Source of the DNA: Hyphochytrium catenoides
Taxonomy: Eukaryota > Protista > Hyphochytriomycota
Length of the DNA: 64,000 nt
Reading direction: 5' to 3'
NCBI GenBank assembly: GCA_900088475.1
Contig: FLMG01003251.1
Location: 62,001 to 126,000 of the forward strand
Both the position numbers and the translations under genes were made by a program. Under the pieces are notes generated by a model that searched no databases, had not been told where the DNA came from, and worked only from the letters and a program-made list of their open reading frames with translations. Shown one piece after another: positions 23,552-34,993 of the stretch (positions are counted from its first letter, which is position 1; the number at the start of each line of letters is the position of its first letter).

Positions 23552-26500
23552 ATGATGCAACCGTCAGAAAGTGGCCAAGGCAATGAGGGAGAAAAGGAGA
23601 GAACGCTTGAGAACAAGGAGCAGCTCCAGGAGAGGAGCGCACCACCGCTCAAGCAGGATAAGTTGACCTACGAAAGGCTGTTTGTTATCTGTCAGTACGG
23701 AGAGCCGAAGGAGCTGGAGGTAAAATCACTTGTGATACACCTGTCTAGGCTCTGGACCTCCTTCTCTCCTCCTCCCACCAAGCACACTCTTCCCTTCGTC
23801 CGTCCGTGTCTGTACCTGGCACGCTTCTCTTAACTCCATCTCGCAGCGACTACTACTCCGTCCTCTGACCTCGAGAGCTTTCTCTGTCTTTCATTTGATC
23901 ATTTGATCCTCGCCCAAGAGTCTTTGGCCTACTTTCGCTCTTCCTCCCCATCCTATATATTTCTTCGGTTCTCGCATGCCTTGTACCAGCTGGTCCTTAA
24001 TTGTCTCACTATCGACTAGAACTTAATCCGCTGGACCTTCTTCGATATCAATCAGCAGGACGAGGTAAACACAGCGTGCTCCTCATCCCTCTCTCTCTCT
24101 CTGTACCTCATTCTCTCTCTCTCTGTCCGTCTCCTCTCTCTCTCACTCACGCACACACACTTGCACACCCATTCTTTTCCCACGTCCCCATTCTCTCTTC
24201 CGTGCTTCTTCAACGGCCTTGCGGCTCCTTATCGTCAGTTCTCTTTCCAGTCCGTCTTTCCTGCACACTTTCCTCGCTAACATCTCCAATACAGTCGTCG
24301 GGCTCTTCAGCTCTTCACCTGGCTGCAAAGGCTGGTCAGGACAAGATAGCAGAGGTACTTTGCAATCATGGGATCAAGGTAGACTTGTTGGACAAGGTAA
24401 GAAGGCGACGACAAGGAATGAGCAAAAAGAAAGATAAGAAGGGTCATACTCACAATGAAGGGGAAGGGAAATGATGGCTAACAGGAGTAAGATAGAGACG
24501 GGAGAGAGAGAGAAGAGAGACTAGTAGAATGTCCACGTCACCGGTTGGACCGGAAGGGAACAGCGAAAGAGCTAAATTGACAGAAGAGCGATGGAAGTGA
24601 CGCTGCACACCATAGAGTGGAGCCCTCTTAATCTTGGTCAATGGTATCTCTGAAGCCAGGTTAGTGATTCGGTCTCTTGATCTCTCTGCTCTTCTTCCTG
24701 CTGCTAGGGAGGAAACACGGCCTTACATTTGGCGGCTGGCTACGCCTCGAGAGAAACCGTTCTTACTCTTTTGGCCCACGGTGCAAATCCTTCCACTAAG
24801 AATCTGGTACTCGTCTCTTCTTCTCTTTGCATATTCCGTTTCCTTTTGTCCACTTGCTTTATTGCATTGTAACGTTCTGTCCTAGTTCTCTCATGAAGTG
24901 CCCCTCCTCTCTAGTCACATCTATCACCGACTGCATCCTTCCTCTTTCATGAAACTCGCATTTGGACCTTTCTTTTTATCATCTAATACCTTCTCTCTTC
25001 CTCAACTGCTTCCACAGAGGAATCAAACTCCAGCTGACCTGGCCACGCTCCTTCATAGAAGTGATAACGTGGAAGTCTTTAGAGGTTGGAAGCCTTTCAA
25101 AGGAGAAGATAGAGGTAAGCTGAATCTTGGGAGATTCGAGCGTAAGGATATCCTTCTTTGAGCTGAGAAAACAGAAGAGACGGGACATGCTTCTCTCCAG
25201 CAAAGTTGACCCATCCGTCGTAACAGGGGAGGCGAAAGAAGATGAGAAGGCCACTCTTCAGGAAGAACCTGAGGAGCTGCTTCTGCAACTTAAGGGTCTT
25301 GCAATTAAAGAAGCGGCTATTGGTAGACATGATATCCGTAAGTCTCACATGCTTGCGATATCCCGCAGTCGCCCACCTCTTAGTTCCATCCTTTACCCTC
25401 TTTGTCCCCAAAATTCTGTCAATTTATAGGGATGACTTTAGCCCTTCTGCTCGCTTTGCCTCTCATTTTCTCCTTCGCAATTGGTTCGGAACCTCTCTTG
25501 GCTTTCGTCCATCCGTCCTCTATATCACTTTCGTCTCCATCGGCCACATCGCACCACTCATCACGATCCACTAGCATCAGCTGCAGTTGGATCCGTTACG
25601 ATTCCACCAGATCTCGGCATCCATTTTATTGCTTGAGAACCTTTTTAAAAATGTACACTCGTGCTGGGTTATTCTCGCTTTCCGCTGCTGCCCATGGGTT
25701 AGGTTAACATGCTCACTGTTCGTGGGCTCTGCAGGTCTTACCCTAAGTCTTAACAAGGTCGCAGGTGTCTACAGGTAAGCCTAATACCTGCTGCAGCTGA
25801 CGCTCTCAATATATATCGCCTCCGATGTCTTCCGTATTGCGGCTCTCCAATTTTTTTCATCTCTAACGACGGTCTATTTCTCTCTTCGCTCAACAACCCT
25901 AGAAAGCTAGGCCGCCTTCAAGAGGCTGAAACGGTTCTGCTCCGCCTCCTACGGATAACAGAAGACACCTTAGGTCCGGAAGATCTTGAGACAGCGGCAG
26001 TGCTAAATAACTTGGCAGTTCTGTGCCACTTCCAGGTAAAGTGGTTGAAGACTAAGGCCCTCTCTCTCTCTCTCTCTTTCCGTCGGTTGTTGTCTGTCAG
26101 TCCTCTCTTTATCCCTTTCGTCTGATGAGGCTGCTCATCTTGAACTCTGGCTAATCTGTGTAGTGTTACGACATGGACAGGGCAAAACAGACCAGGCCAA
26201 GCTTTATCTGAAGAGGAGTGCTATGATCTTGGAGAAGCAGCAGCAAAAGGACGATCCGCGGTGTCTGACAGTTCTGCAAAACGCTGCAGCTCATTACGTT
26301 GACATGGGAGAGCCCCCACAAGCTGTCCTCCTCATAGAGGATCTCATCCAGAGGAAAGAGAAGGGCTTTCTTTTAGAAGAGAAAGAGAACCTTCTTCTTG
26401 TCCCTCTCTTCCTCGTTCTCGGAAGTGAGCAGATGAAACTTCAGCACTTTCAAAAGGCACAAAGTTCCTTTTCCAGAGCCGTCAGAATCCTCGAACACAA

Positions 26501-26753
26501 CTTCGGCCTTTCTTCTCCTTCCCTGATTCAAAGTTTAGAGTGGCTCGCGCAGGCGAAGTTTGCTGCGGAAGAGTTCAAAGAGGCAGAAATCATCTTTCAA
26601 AGAGTCCTAGCCTTAGCAGAAGACAAAGAGATGAGGTGCGCCATTGAAGAGGGGCCGAAGAAGGAGAGATCCAGCTTGGTTAAGCGCTGTGAAAACAACT
26701 TGGCAACTGTTTACCTAGCTGTCGCGGAGCAACGGCGGCGTACTGGAAGATAA
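23552..26753 (+). CDS. Ankyrin-repeat plus TPR (kinesin light chain/NPHP3-like repeat) protein, about 9 exons
   Basis: Spliced ankyrin repeats GSSALHLAAKAGQDKIAEVLCNHGIKVD, GGNTALHLAAGY..LLAHGANP and NQTPADLA, followed by TPRs LGPEDLETAAVLNNLAVL, RAVRILEHNFG, AEIIFQRVLAL and ENNLATVY. GT-AG introns with consistent phases. Confidence 0.82.
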
Positions 26754-27084
26754 GTTACTGATGGAACAAAGAAAAGCAGAGCCATCACTTTTCCTGAGCC
26801 TGGGGAAGTCCTAGTTTTAAGACTCACTCCCACTATCTCACCATGCCAAAGCACGATGCGGGTCATCTGGATTTTGTACGGATTTCCTTTACTCTCTAAC
26901 ACAACTGCTAGCCTACAAATGTGAGAGGTGAAGCTTGGTGCAGAACGCCAGACTAAGAGGTTATAAGCCTGGAAAATTGGGCAGAAGCGTATGGAAAGGA
27001 TTTTTATTGGGGCCAAGGTGCCAAGAGATGCACCACAAGTGCAGGCACTTCTATCAACAGCTCCCACGCAGTCCCTGGGGGTAT

Positions 27085-30000
27085 CTACACTGCCTCATTC
27101 CTCAAACTTGTCTCTTCCTTTGAGAGCAATGGCTCGCCCAAACCCTCCTTTCCCTTCTGACCCTTCGAGTTAAATAAATAGCGGGAAAAGCTCTCGGAGT
27201 CAGTAACAGGATGGCCCTCCTTAGAAGCCGACAGTCGGTAACAGCGTTGAACGTGCTCAGGCGTGAGATCTTGACGAGTTATTATTCCTAGTGACAGCGA
27301 GACAGACATCCTTGTTAGTTTGAGATGCCAGAACCTATAGCCGGTTAGGTTAAAGAGGACTAACAATAGTCAGAGGCGTACCGTACACCATCCCATACCC
27401 CTACACAAGACCATTCTCACTCGCGCTCTTTGCTCCTTCATCCCTGGCCCGAACATCGCGGTACCTGTTACTTCGTTATATCTGTTGACCACCACCAGAT
27501 GCCTAAGTCCGCTAGTTCGAAAGACTTCGTAGGCGCGGGTGAAGGAGGACGTCTCTTGCGTGGTTTGAGGAGTTTCATGAACGTAAGGAGAGAGGTCTAA
27601 CCACATTCGTCTCTCCTCCTCAGTGATAAAGCTTCTATCTCCACTGACATCGGGAAACCTAGGATATGCCCTCTCCATGCGGCGGAAGGATAAAGAGAAC
27701 CTGTTGCGATTTATTTCTCTATTCGTCCTTGCGCTTTTTGTAGGAGGTTGCCTCGTAAATGGAGCCGGCCTTTCAGGAAAGAAATCCTTCTCATTCAGCA
27801 GGACTGCAAGCTGCTTTCGCATGATAAGGCCAGCAAACAGCAGCCTTCTCTTTGGACCACTTCTAAGCCCAAGTGACCTTTCATCTTCATTCCGGTCTTC
27901 CTCCTCCGGCGCTACTACTGGGAAGCCATGATGTTTGGTCTCCGAAAGTAGGTCAAGGATGTATCCAACTCTCACCACGAGTGGCGTGCACTTTGGATGA
28001 GGAGTCATAACATCCTTGGCCTTCAAGAGTGTCCCAGATGCTGGTGGTTCCCCCTCAAGAAATGGAATATGTCTGGCAGAGATAGAAGAATCTAAGGCCT
28101 GAGGACATTATCTATAGAGCTTTGAACTTTGGAAGAAACTAGAAGGAGACTAAACAGTGCTGCGAAGTTACAGCTCAAGGCAGGTTGGGAGGCTTGTCAG
28201 GCAAAGGGAGAGCTTTGTGCTATTAGCAACAGAGAAGCACTCCCCTCGCCAGGGAAGCCACCCGCCAATAGTGGCGGTGAATGTATGGTAGACTACAATA
28301 TGGAGAGTAAGCGGAATCGACGAGGAGAATTTTCCTAAGGACTAGAGAAGGAGACAAGGAAGACTCGCTTACCTAAGGTGTATGTGTATGTCATACAGCC
28401 CTTCATTGAACAGATTCCCGCTCCACCTTGCGGCTATGAGTGTGAGCATCAGTGGCAGACCATACAGAATGCTTCCAGTACACTCTAAAATGATGACGGT
28501 AAGTGAGATTGTCATCCGAGTGACGCCTCCCAGGACCGCTACAGCGCCTATGAGTCCATAGGTGGACTCATCCACATCCTGTGCAAGGGAACCCCGCGAA
28601 AACACCTAAAAGCGGAGGTGAGTGTTAGGTGCGAGGTATTAGACTTAGCGTTGTGGCGCAAATGGCAACTGAGCGCCGTCATATTAGTCAAAGGTAAAGA
28701 GAAACCTTCGCAATCTGCTTACCAAATGAATTAGGTGAGTCCAAAGCCGGCCGTACACCGAACCCGTTAGCAAGGCCGGGACGAACAAGCCACTAGGGAC
28801 CTGAAAAGGACACACGGAGAGTCGGAAGAAGTTCAGAGGCGCATGCATCAATGTTTCGGCCCCCTTTCCTGTGACTTGATTTCTCGGCTACCTAGTCCCC
28901 TCTTGGGTCCTTAACTAGCTTAGAATTTCATCTCTCCCTGGATCATTTGTCTGAGCTTCACCTTAGTGCCGTAAGTCCAGCAGGCCATGGAAAAGTAAGA
29001 CAAGAAGAACAACAAGAGCACGCCCACAGAGAAGGTTCCCTCCGAGGCATGCAGCAGCTGCCTGATTGCCTTCTCCCCTGAAGTCATAAAGAGTGTAGCC
29101 GCGTCGTTGTATTCCTTCTCAGGGTTTGCACAGAAGAAGCCGACCATGTCCTCCTTGTATCTTCAAAATGTGACCGGATGATAAAGAATGAGACATGATT
29201 CGAAAACAGCCAATATATTGCGGAAGAATAGGGGTAAGCGTGGAAGCAAAATCTTGTGCTAGATTAAGAAGGAGTCGCAGGCACGTCGGTAGAGAGTCAC
29301 AACTTATACAGGATAGTATGATTGGCCTCCAACCTGAATTTAAAATCAGTCCCCGAGAGCAAGAATAGAGAATGAAGGTTTAAGGACTCTAGAAACGACG
29401 CGCGTCACCTGTTGTCCTGCAGGGTGTGCCGCTCTTCGGTCCTACTGTAAGCGTAGATCTTTTCTGGGCGTGGGCGGCACTGGCCGAATAGGTACGAGAA
29501 AACGAAGCAGACCATAGCGATAAGGAGGGACCCTGGAAGGATAGCTGTAAGGGTGGAGAGTAAACTCCGTACCTAGGGTGCCAGGACTAAGTAGCAGAGC
29601 TTGGCAGCACCTAAACTGGGCCTGTACTAGTCCCTCTAACATTACTTTCCTAGACTCATCTTTCAGGCCTTTGGGCCTTTGACTTCCCTTTTCCTTCTTA
29701 CCTGTGAGCACTTCAAAGAGTCCATGCGCACTCGATCTGATCCATCTGGCCCTCCATTGCGTGATCTTGGTATTCAGGGAGTTGAACACTGCGCCCAATA
29801 GCCCACCGCCAACCCCCATTAGAATAAACAGAGGTACCTCATAGATCTGATAACTCCCCCCATAAACCTAAGTGATGCAGTGGAAGATAGAGCAAAAGTT
29901 ATCAAGTCAGAGAGATCCTTCCATGCTTTGACCCACTAACACGTGCAAACGCAGTCGTTCTCTCCGTGTCTCACCTCGCCAAAGGTGAAAGTCCCTGACA

Positions 30001-31623
30001 TGGTACCTAGCTCTCCAAACTTCTGTCCAGGCTGGATGCCTGACAGCACCACCGAGACCGTAAAGGAGGAGATAAGTGAGCAAAAGAAGGTCCTCCATGT
30101 GAGCTGCCGGTGCCAGAATGAGGCTCCTTCTTCCAGAACAAAGAGCACTCCGCCGATTGGGGCTCCGAAAGCGGCGGCCACTCCTGCTGCCGCTCCACAT
30201 GAAACAAAATCTCTCTTTTCGCGATCATTCCTGAAAGGAGAGAATATCGAAAAGGAGGTATCGTAGCCCAATGTCGAGGACTTGCCCTGGGATATTCCTG
30301 CACCTACAACGGCGCCACTGATTCCCGGCAGAAGGAACATAGACAATAGAAATGGTAGCATCAGTGTTACGCTTCGCGACAAACTCTACTCCAATAGTAC
30401 CGAGTAGGGTCGCATAGGGCCACAATGCACAGGTCAAGAAAAGAAGAAAGACAACGCAGACCCACTGAGAAAAAGCATTGGTCGTACGTGTGGATCATGG
30501 GCCCTTCCTTCCCTACTGGAAGGCCTCCAGCAACGGCAAACGTAACTCCGATCGCTTTAGCAAGAAGTGTCCGCAAACGAACGAGCCGTGGGATTTTTAC
30601 ACCTGACCAGAGCCACACAGTACGAAGCAGACATGAGAGCTCTTGAACACAGCTTCTCTCACAAGAACTATGAGGAAGTAGAAAAGATAAAAGCTCTACC
30701 ACAAATCAGGTTACGGTCACATGCCACTTGTTAGTTTCTCGAGCGGGGAAGACGAAAGTTACCATTAAGGTAGCTCTTCACTTCAGGTATGCCAGAGCCT
30801 GCAGCGATGGGCTCAAGCAGAACCACCAGCAACGAAGCTATGAGGACAAAGCCCATGCTGGAGCCGCACCAGACCAAGAACGCATTCAGATGCTGATGAT
30901 CATCGTACATGCGCTTCGTGAGAGAGACCTGTTGAAAACAATGGGGGAAACAAAGAGGGACTATTAGATTGAGGCAGGTGAGTAGACGGTCAAGGACTTC
31001 GATATGACGCCAGAGAGGCAAATGGCAAACTCAACGAGGGCAAAGCCAAGTGTGGGTGAGGATGAAAGATATCGCTGGTCCCACCGGCGGAAGATGGCAT
31101 CCTAACATGTAACTAACATTGCATTGCATCAAAAGGACCAGACTGCGAGACGGAGGGAAGAAGAGGATAGAGGAGATTCAGAGTCCACAACCTTCAACTG
31201 GCTGAGTCTCTCTGTGCCTACTAATATCCCAACGGCGATAAGTGCAGTGATGGTCCCTATGAAGAATGTAAACACCCAGCGTGTAAGGGTGATCCGCGCA
31301 CGCTCCTTTCCATCGCGGTAAGCGTACTTCAGGCCTGTCTGGTGCACAATGCTTTCGAAGTTATCTACCAAATGACAGCAGACTAGTTAGCGCAACACAG
31401 AGCTGAGGGCGCGATAGAGCCGCAAGGGTGAGGAACTGAGAACATACATACGCCCCCAAGACGACGCGAGTGCTCCAGCTTTAGCGGAGTCAATCGCGCC
31501 AAGGAGCAGTCGTAAGAAGAGAGCAGATACCGAACCGATGAAGAAGTCAAGAGAACCGTCAAAAGAGAGGCCCGCACCATAATCCAGGCTTTCTATGCCC
31601 TCTTCCATCTTGGTGCGAACCAT
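27085..31623 (-). CDS. CLC chloride/proton exchanger, CLC-6/7 (CLC-d)-like, with two CBS domains; short upstream exons may extend the 5' end to about 32000
   Basis: GSGIPE, GKEGP (gating Glu), [19 protein letters not shown] (proton Glu), [31 protein letters not shown] motifs HHGFPVV and [16 protein letters not shown]. More than 10 GT-AG introns, most checked for phase. Confidence 0.93.
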
Positions 31624-32004
31624 TTCGCCCTATAATACGGCTCACGATGGCCTTAGTCCATCTCCTTCAAGCCGCTCGCACACCTCTCTTCTTGCTTGCT
31701 TGCTAGCTGCTAATGGGAACTTGCTTGGCGACTCCTCTCTCCCCGCTACTCACGTAGTTGAGAGATTGAAGTTGATACCTAGGTCTCTGTTCACAGGGAC
31801 TGCAAGTGGAGGAAGGATAAGCGGAGAACAAAGGGATAGGAGAACGAAGACGGACAAGTTGCCGCGATGCGATGGTCGTGAAACTGAGAGAGAGAAGACT
31901 GACGAGCGCACGTCGTCGCTCTTCTTCGGATCATGGGGCGGAAGGATGAAGAACCTCTTCAAGGCAGGAAAGAGGCTGACAAGAAACTTCAGGGAGAGCT
32001 ATTG

Positions 32005-32185
32005 AAGACACAGAAGACAGAGAGAGATAGAGACACACAAAGAGAGAAAGAGTAATGACTAAGGATGACTGGCAAATGTATGACAATAGAGAGAAATAAG
32101 AGCGAGACAGAGACAGAGGAAGAGCATGGAAGAGACAGCGTGGCCGCCGAGAAAGAGACCACAGAAAGACAGAGAGAGACAGAAA
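32005..32185. repeat. GA/GACA-rich low-complexity tract in the CLC 5' region
   Basis: Imperfect GAGA/GACA repeats; pyrimidine-rich on the CLC sense strand. Confidence 0.7.
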
Positions 32186-32543
32186 CACCTTCACAAAGAA
32201 GACAAGGGCTAAATAGCCGGTAACGGTGGTGGTTTGTTGTCACACTGCCGTTGTCGAGCCTCATCCCTTCGCCTGCAGCCTGAAGTCCGGAAGCCAGAGC
32301 TCCAGCAGCAGCAGCAGCAGCAGCCGATAGACGAGGAAGCTTGGCAAGCACCTCTAGAGTCGCAATACGCTCCGTTTCATTGTCACACACGGCACTTAAC
32401 CCCAGCAAAGAAGAGGCACGGAGTCCGTTGACCTTCAACCTCACTGAGGTGGACAAACAAACAAGGCTGACTGGGCAGCGCCGGAGAGAGGTGAAGGCTA
32501 CTTTGTGTCGAAGAAGTCAAAAAAGGAGTTCTTAGGAGGCAGA

Positions 32544-33119
32544 ATGACTGTCATATGCCTGGGATGCTTCTGCATTCCCATCTACACGGTTATACCGGCC
32601 ATCCTCTACCTTGCTGTCCAGTTTTGGTCTAAGATCAAGACATTCCTGGGCATTCAAACGGTCGATGAGAAGCAACATGGTGGTCCCACGGCCAAACCCC
32701 ATGCAACCTCGAAGCCACTCAATGCTGCCGAGTCCAAGATGCGCCGCAGAAGACCGAAGAACGGCAAGCCGGAGCAGTTTTCCATCCCAGATGGAGTGCA
32801 AGAGGTAGACGACCCCGATGACTGGGATGCCCTCTTGTCCAGGTGTGCGGAGAATGATGTCCCAATAATTGTTGAGTTTTGGGGCGGCTGTTGTCAGCCA
32901 TGCAAGGAGATCGCACCATACTTTGAAGAGCTTTCATCTCAACATAAGGACATTCTCTTTGCCAAAGTCAACTGCGATGAAGCTCCTACTATCGCGGCTC
33001 GATACACAGTGCTCGCACTTCCTACTTTCGTCGTCATCAAGGGCTCGGAGGCAGCAGAGAAACTTCAAGGAGCACAGAAATCAAAGCTTGCGGACCTTGT
33101 CAGGCGGCATTGTGCTTAA
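32544..33119 (+). CDS. Intronless thioredoxin with N-terminal Cys-rich hydrophobic anchor and CCQPC active site
   Basis: ATG at 32544: MTVICLGCFCIPIYTVIPAILYLAVQFW, a basic linker, then Trx fold PIIVEFWGGCCQPCKEIAPYFEELS...FAKVNCDE...ALPTF...LQGA. Confidence 0.9.
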   Translation: MTVICLGCFCIPIYTVIPAILYLAVQFWSKIKTFLGIQTVDEKQHGGPTAKPHATSKPLNAAESKMRRRRPKNGKPEQFSIPDGVQEVDDPDDWDALLSRCAENDVPIIVEFWGGCCQPCKEIAPYFEELSSQHKDILFAKVNCDEAPTIAARYTVLALPTFVVIKGSEAAEKLQGAQKSKLADLVRRHCA

Positions 33120-33514
33120 GTACAAGCTTAGAGTGCCTAATAAAGTTATTATTCAGCTCTTGTTAGCACTCAGTCGCAACAACGTGTCCCATATAAAGCT
33201 TTATACATCCCTAGGGGGCAGCGGCCATGACTACCTAACTTGCGCATTCAACACGTAGAACGGCCTCCGCCACAACTTCTCTTTCCTCTTGATACTCTTA
33301 GCTTTGTGTCCTCTCGCCATATCATCATTCATTCTCCTTCTTGGTCTTGCATCCGATTAGCGGGCCCACCATGATGAGCTCCATGCCAGAGATATATAAA
33401 GAAGTGGAGAGAGAAGGTAGCCGATCAATTCCCTCCGCACAGGTCCTCCTAGCTCTCCACGGCTTCGGCTCCTTGTAGCAGAAGTAATAAGAATAGTGTT
33501 TCACGCCGTGTGGT

Positions 33515-34126
33515 CTACTCGCCAATCTTTTTGTCCTTATGGAAGTGGAAGAACTTCTTTCTCTTGACCTTCACCTTCTTCTTGCCCACCGACTTAACGG
33601 GCTTCTTGTTTGCCTTCTTTGGCGCAACTTCGGGCTCTGGAGGTCTCTCATCACGAAGCTCGATGAGGCCCGAGGAGCCAGGCTGGAGCGTGCTCTTTAC
33701 CGCTAAAAGTGATGAGGAGCTCGCTAGTTTGGAAAAGCAAGAGACAACGAGAGTCGAAGAAGTGAGAAAGGGGCTGTGCTGGAAAGGGGCAAATACGTCG
33801 GCTTATCGAAGTGTTGCTAGCAGTCTGGAAAGACGAGATCGGCAAAGGAAGAGCAAACGACTACGGCCACGCAAGGAGAACAACAACAGAACATTGGCTG
33901 ACGCAAGTGAGAGGCAGCAGCCAGCCAAGCCAAGAATTTGACACGAGGATAAAGAAAGAAGAGAACCTAAGCCAAGCCCCGAGGTCTTACTTGTTGGTTG
34001 GGCTAAAACCTTTGCTAGCTCTGCTTGTATTTTTTCCTCCTGTTTGGTGACCACTGGGACTCCGACTCGCTCTCTCAGCTCCGTGCGAAATCTCCTCTTG
34101 ATCTTGGACCGCAAACCCTTCGCCAT
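33515..34126 (-). CDS. LLPH/LAPS18-like small basic protein, 2 exons
   Basis: N-terminus MAKGLRSKIKRRFRTELR resembles the LLPH family (MAKSLRSK..R..R). Phase-1 intron (gtaaga...ctag) joins a Lys-rich exon ending KRKKFFHFHKDKKIGE*. Confidence 0.75.
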
Positions 34127-34396
34127 TGTCCCTCAACCTTGGTTTCCAACAAGCAGCCGCTCACTTGTGCTCTGTTCTAATGAGCTTCCCTGCTGCTTCG
34201 GAAGACCCAGATTGCTCCTTTGAGGCTCTGTCTGTCTCTTCAACCGATGCACCTTCTTGGCTTGACAGAGCCTCCAAAGCTTCCAAGCAAGGAAGAGGCA
34301 CAAGCACCACGATAAAAGCCACGCAGCAGCACCAACCATTCCGCGAAACATTCAATCCTTTGATTCAATTGTTTCACTATATCTGATATTTTATGA

Positions 34397-34858
34397 TATG
34401 CATGGACGGATTATTTCGCTCTTGAAGGTTTCATTGATTACTTCTTTGGGTTGGTGCAGAACTCATCAGAAGATCAGCAGCAGCAGCACCAACTCGAGCT
34501 TCGTAACGGCCTCCAAGGAAGCTCAACATCTGCTGCTGAGGACCAGAACAGCCGAGTAAACGCCGCTGTTGGAAGTGGGACGTGGTCCCTCTTAGAGTCT
34601 TTTGGCGCCTTGTCTAAGCTCTCTGCGGATAATCTTAATGCGTCGCAGGTCAAGGCTAAGATCCCGACAGACACCCGATTCGTCTCGTCTTCGATTGATG
34701 ACGTTCTTTGAGTCCTTGCTGATGCCTCCACCACCCGGCGATATGCTCTACTCTGGGCTCTTTCTTTCGTCCTCTTGCTTATATGTGCTGTTGCATGGCT
34801 GTACATTACTTATGCCTTCATCGACATCTATGCTAGGCATTGTTTACAAATGCCTTGA
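34397..34858 (+). pseudogene. Coding-like frame interrupted by an in-frame TGA and ending in a transmembrane-like segment; no start ATG
   Basis: YAWTDYFALEGFIDYFFGLVQNSS...IDDVL-TGA(34709)-VLADASTTRRYALLWALSFVLLLICAVAWLYITYAFIDIYARHCLQMP-TGA. No family recognised. Confidence 0.25.
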
Positions 34859-34993
34859 AGGGTCCAAGAGTCGGACAGTTTGTCCGGGAGTGTATGTACA
34901 TGTCTGACCGATATGGAGAGACAACAAGGAGGTTTGTTTGGTAAGAAACATCGACCAGTCAGGGCCAGGAGATAAGAGAAAGAGACCGTCCGC

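Noticed and set aside
25148-25226. ATATCCTT, a possible U12 AT-AC donor in the ankyrin-TPR gene
   Set aside because: No TCCTTAAC branch site, an AC end breaks the frame, and a canonical GTAAGC donor at ~25115 with AG at ~25226 restores the frame.
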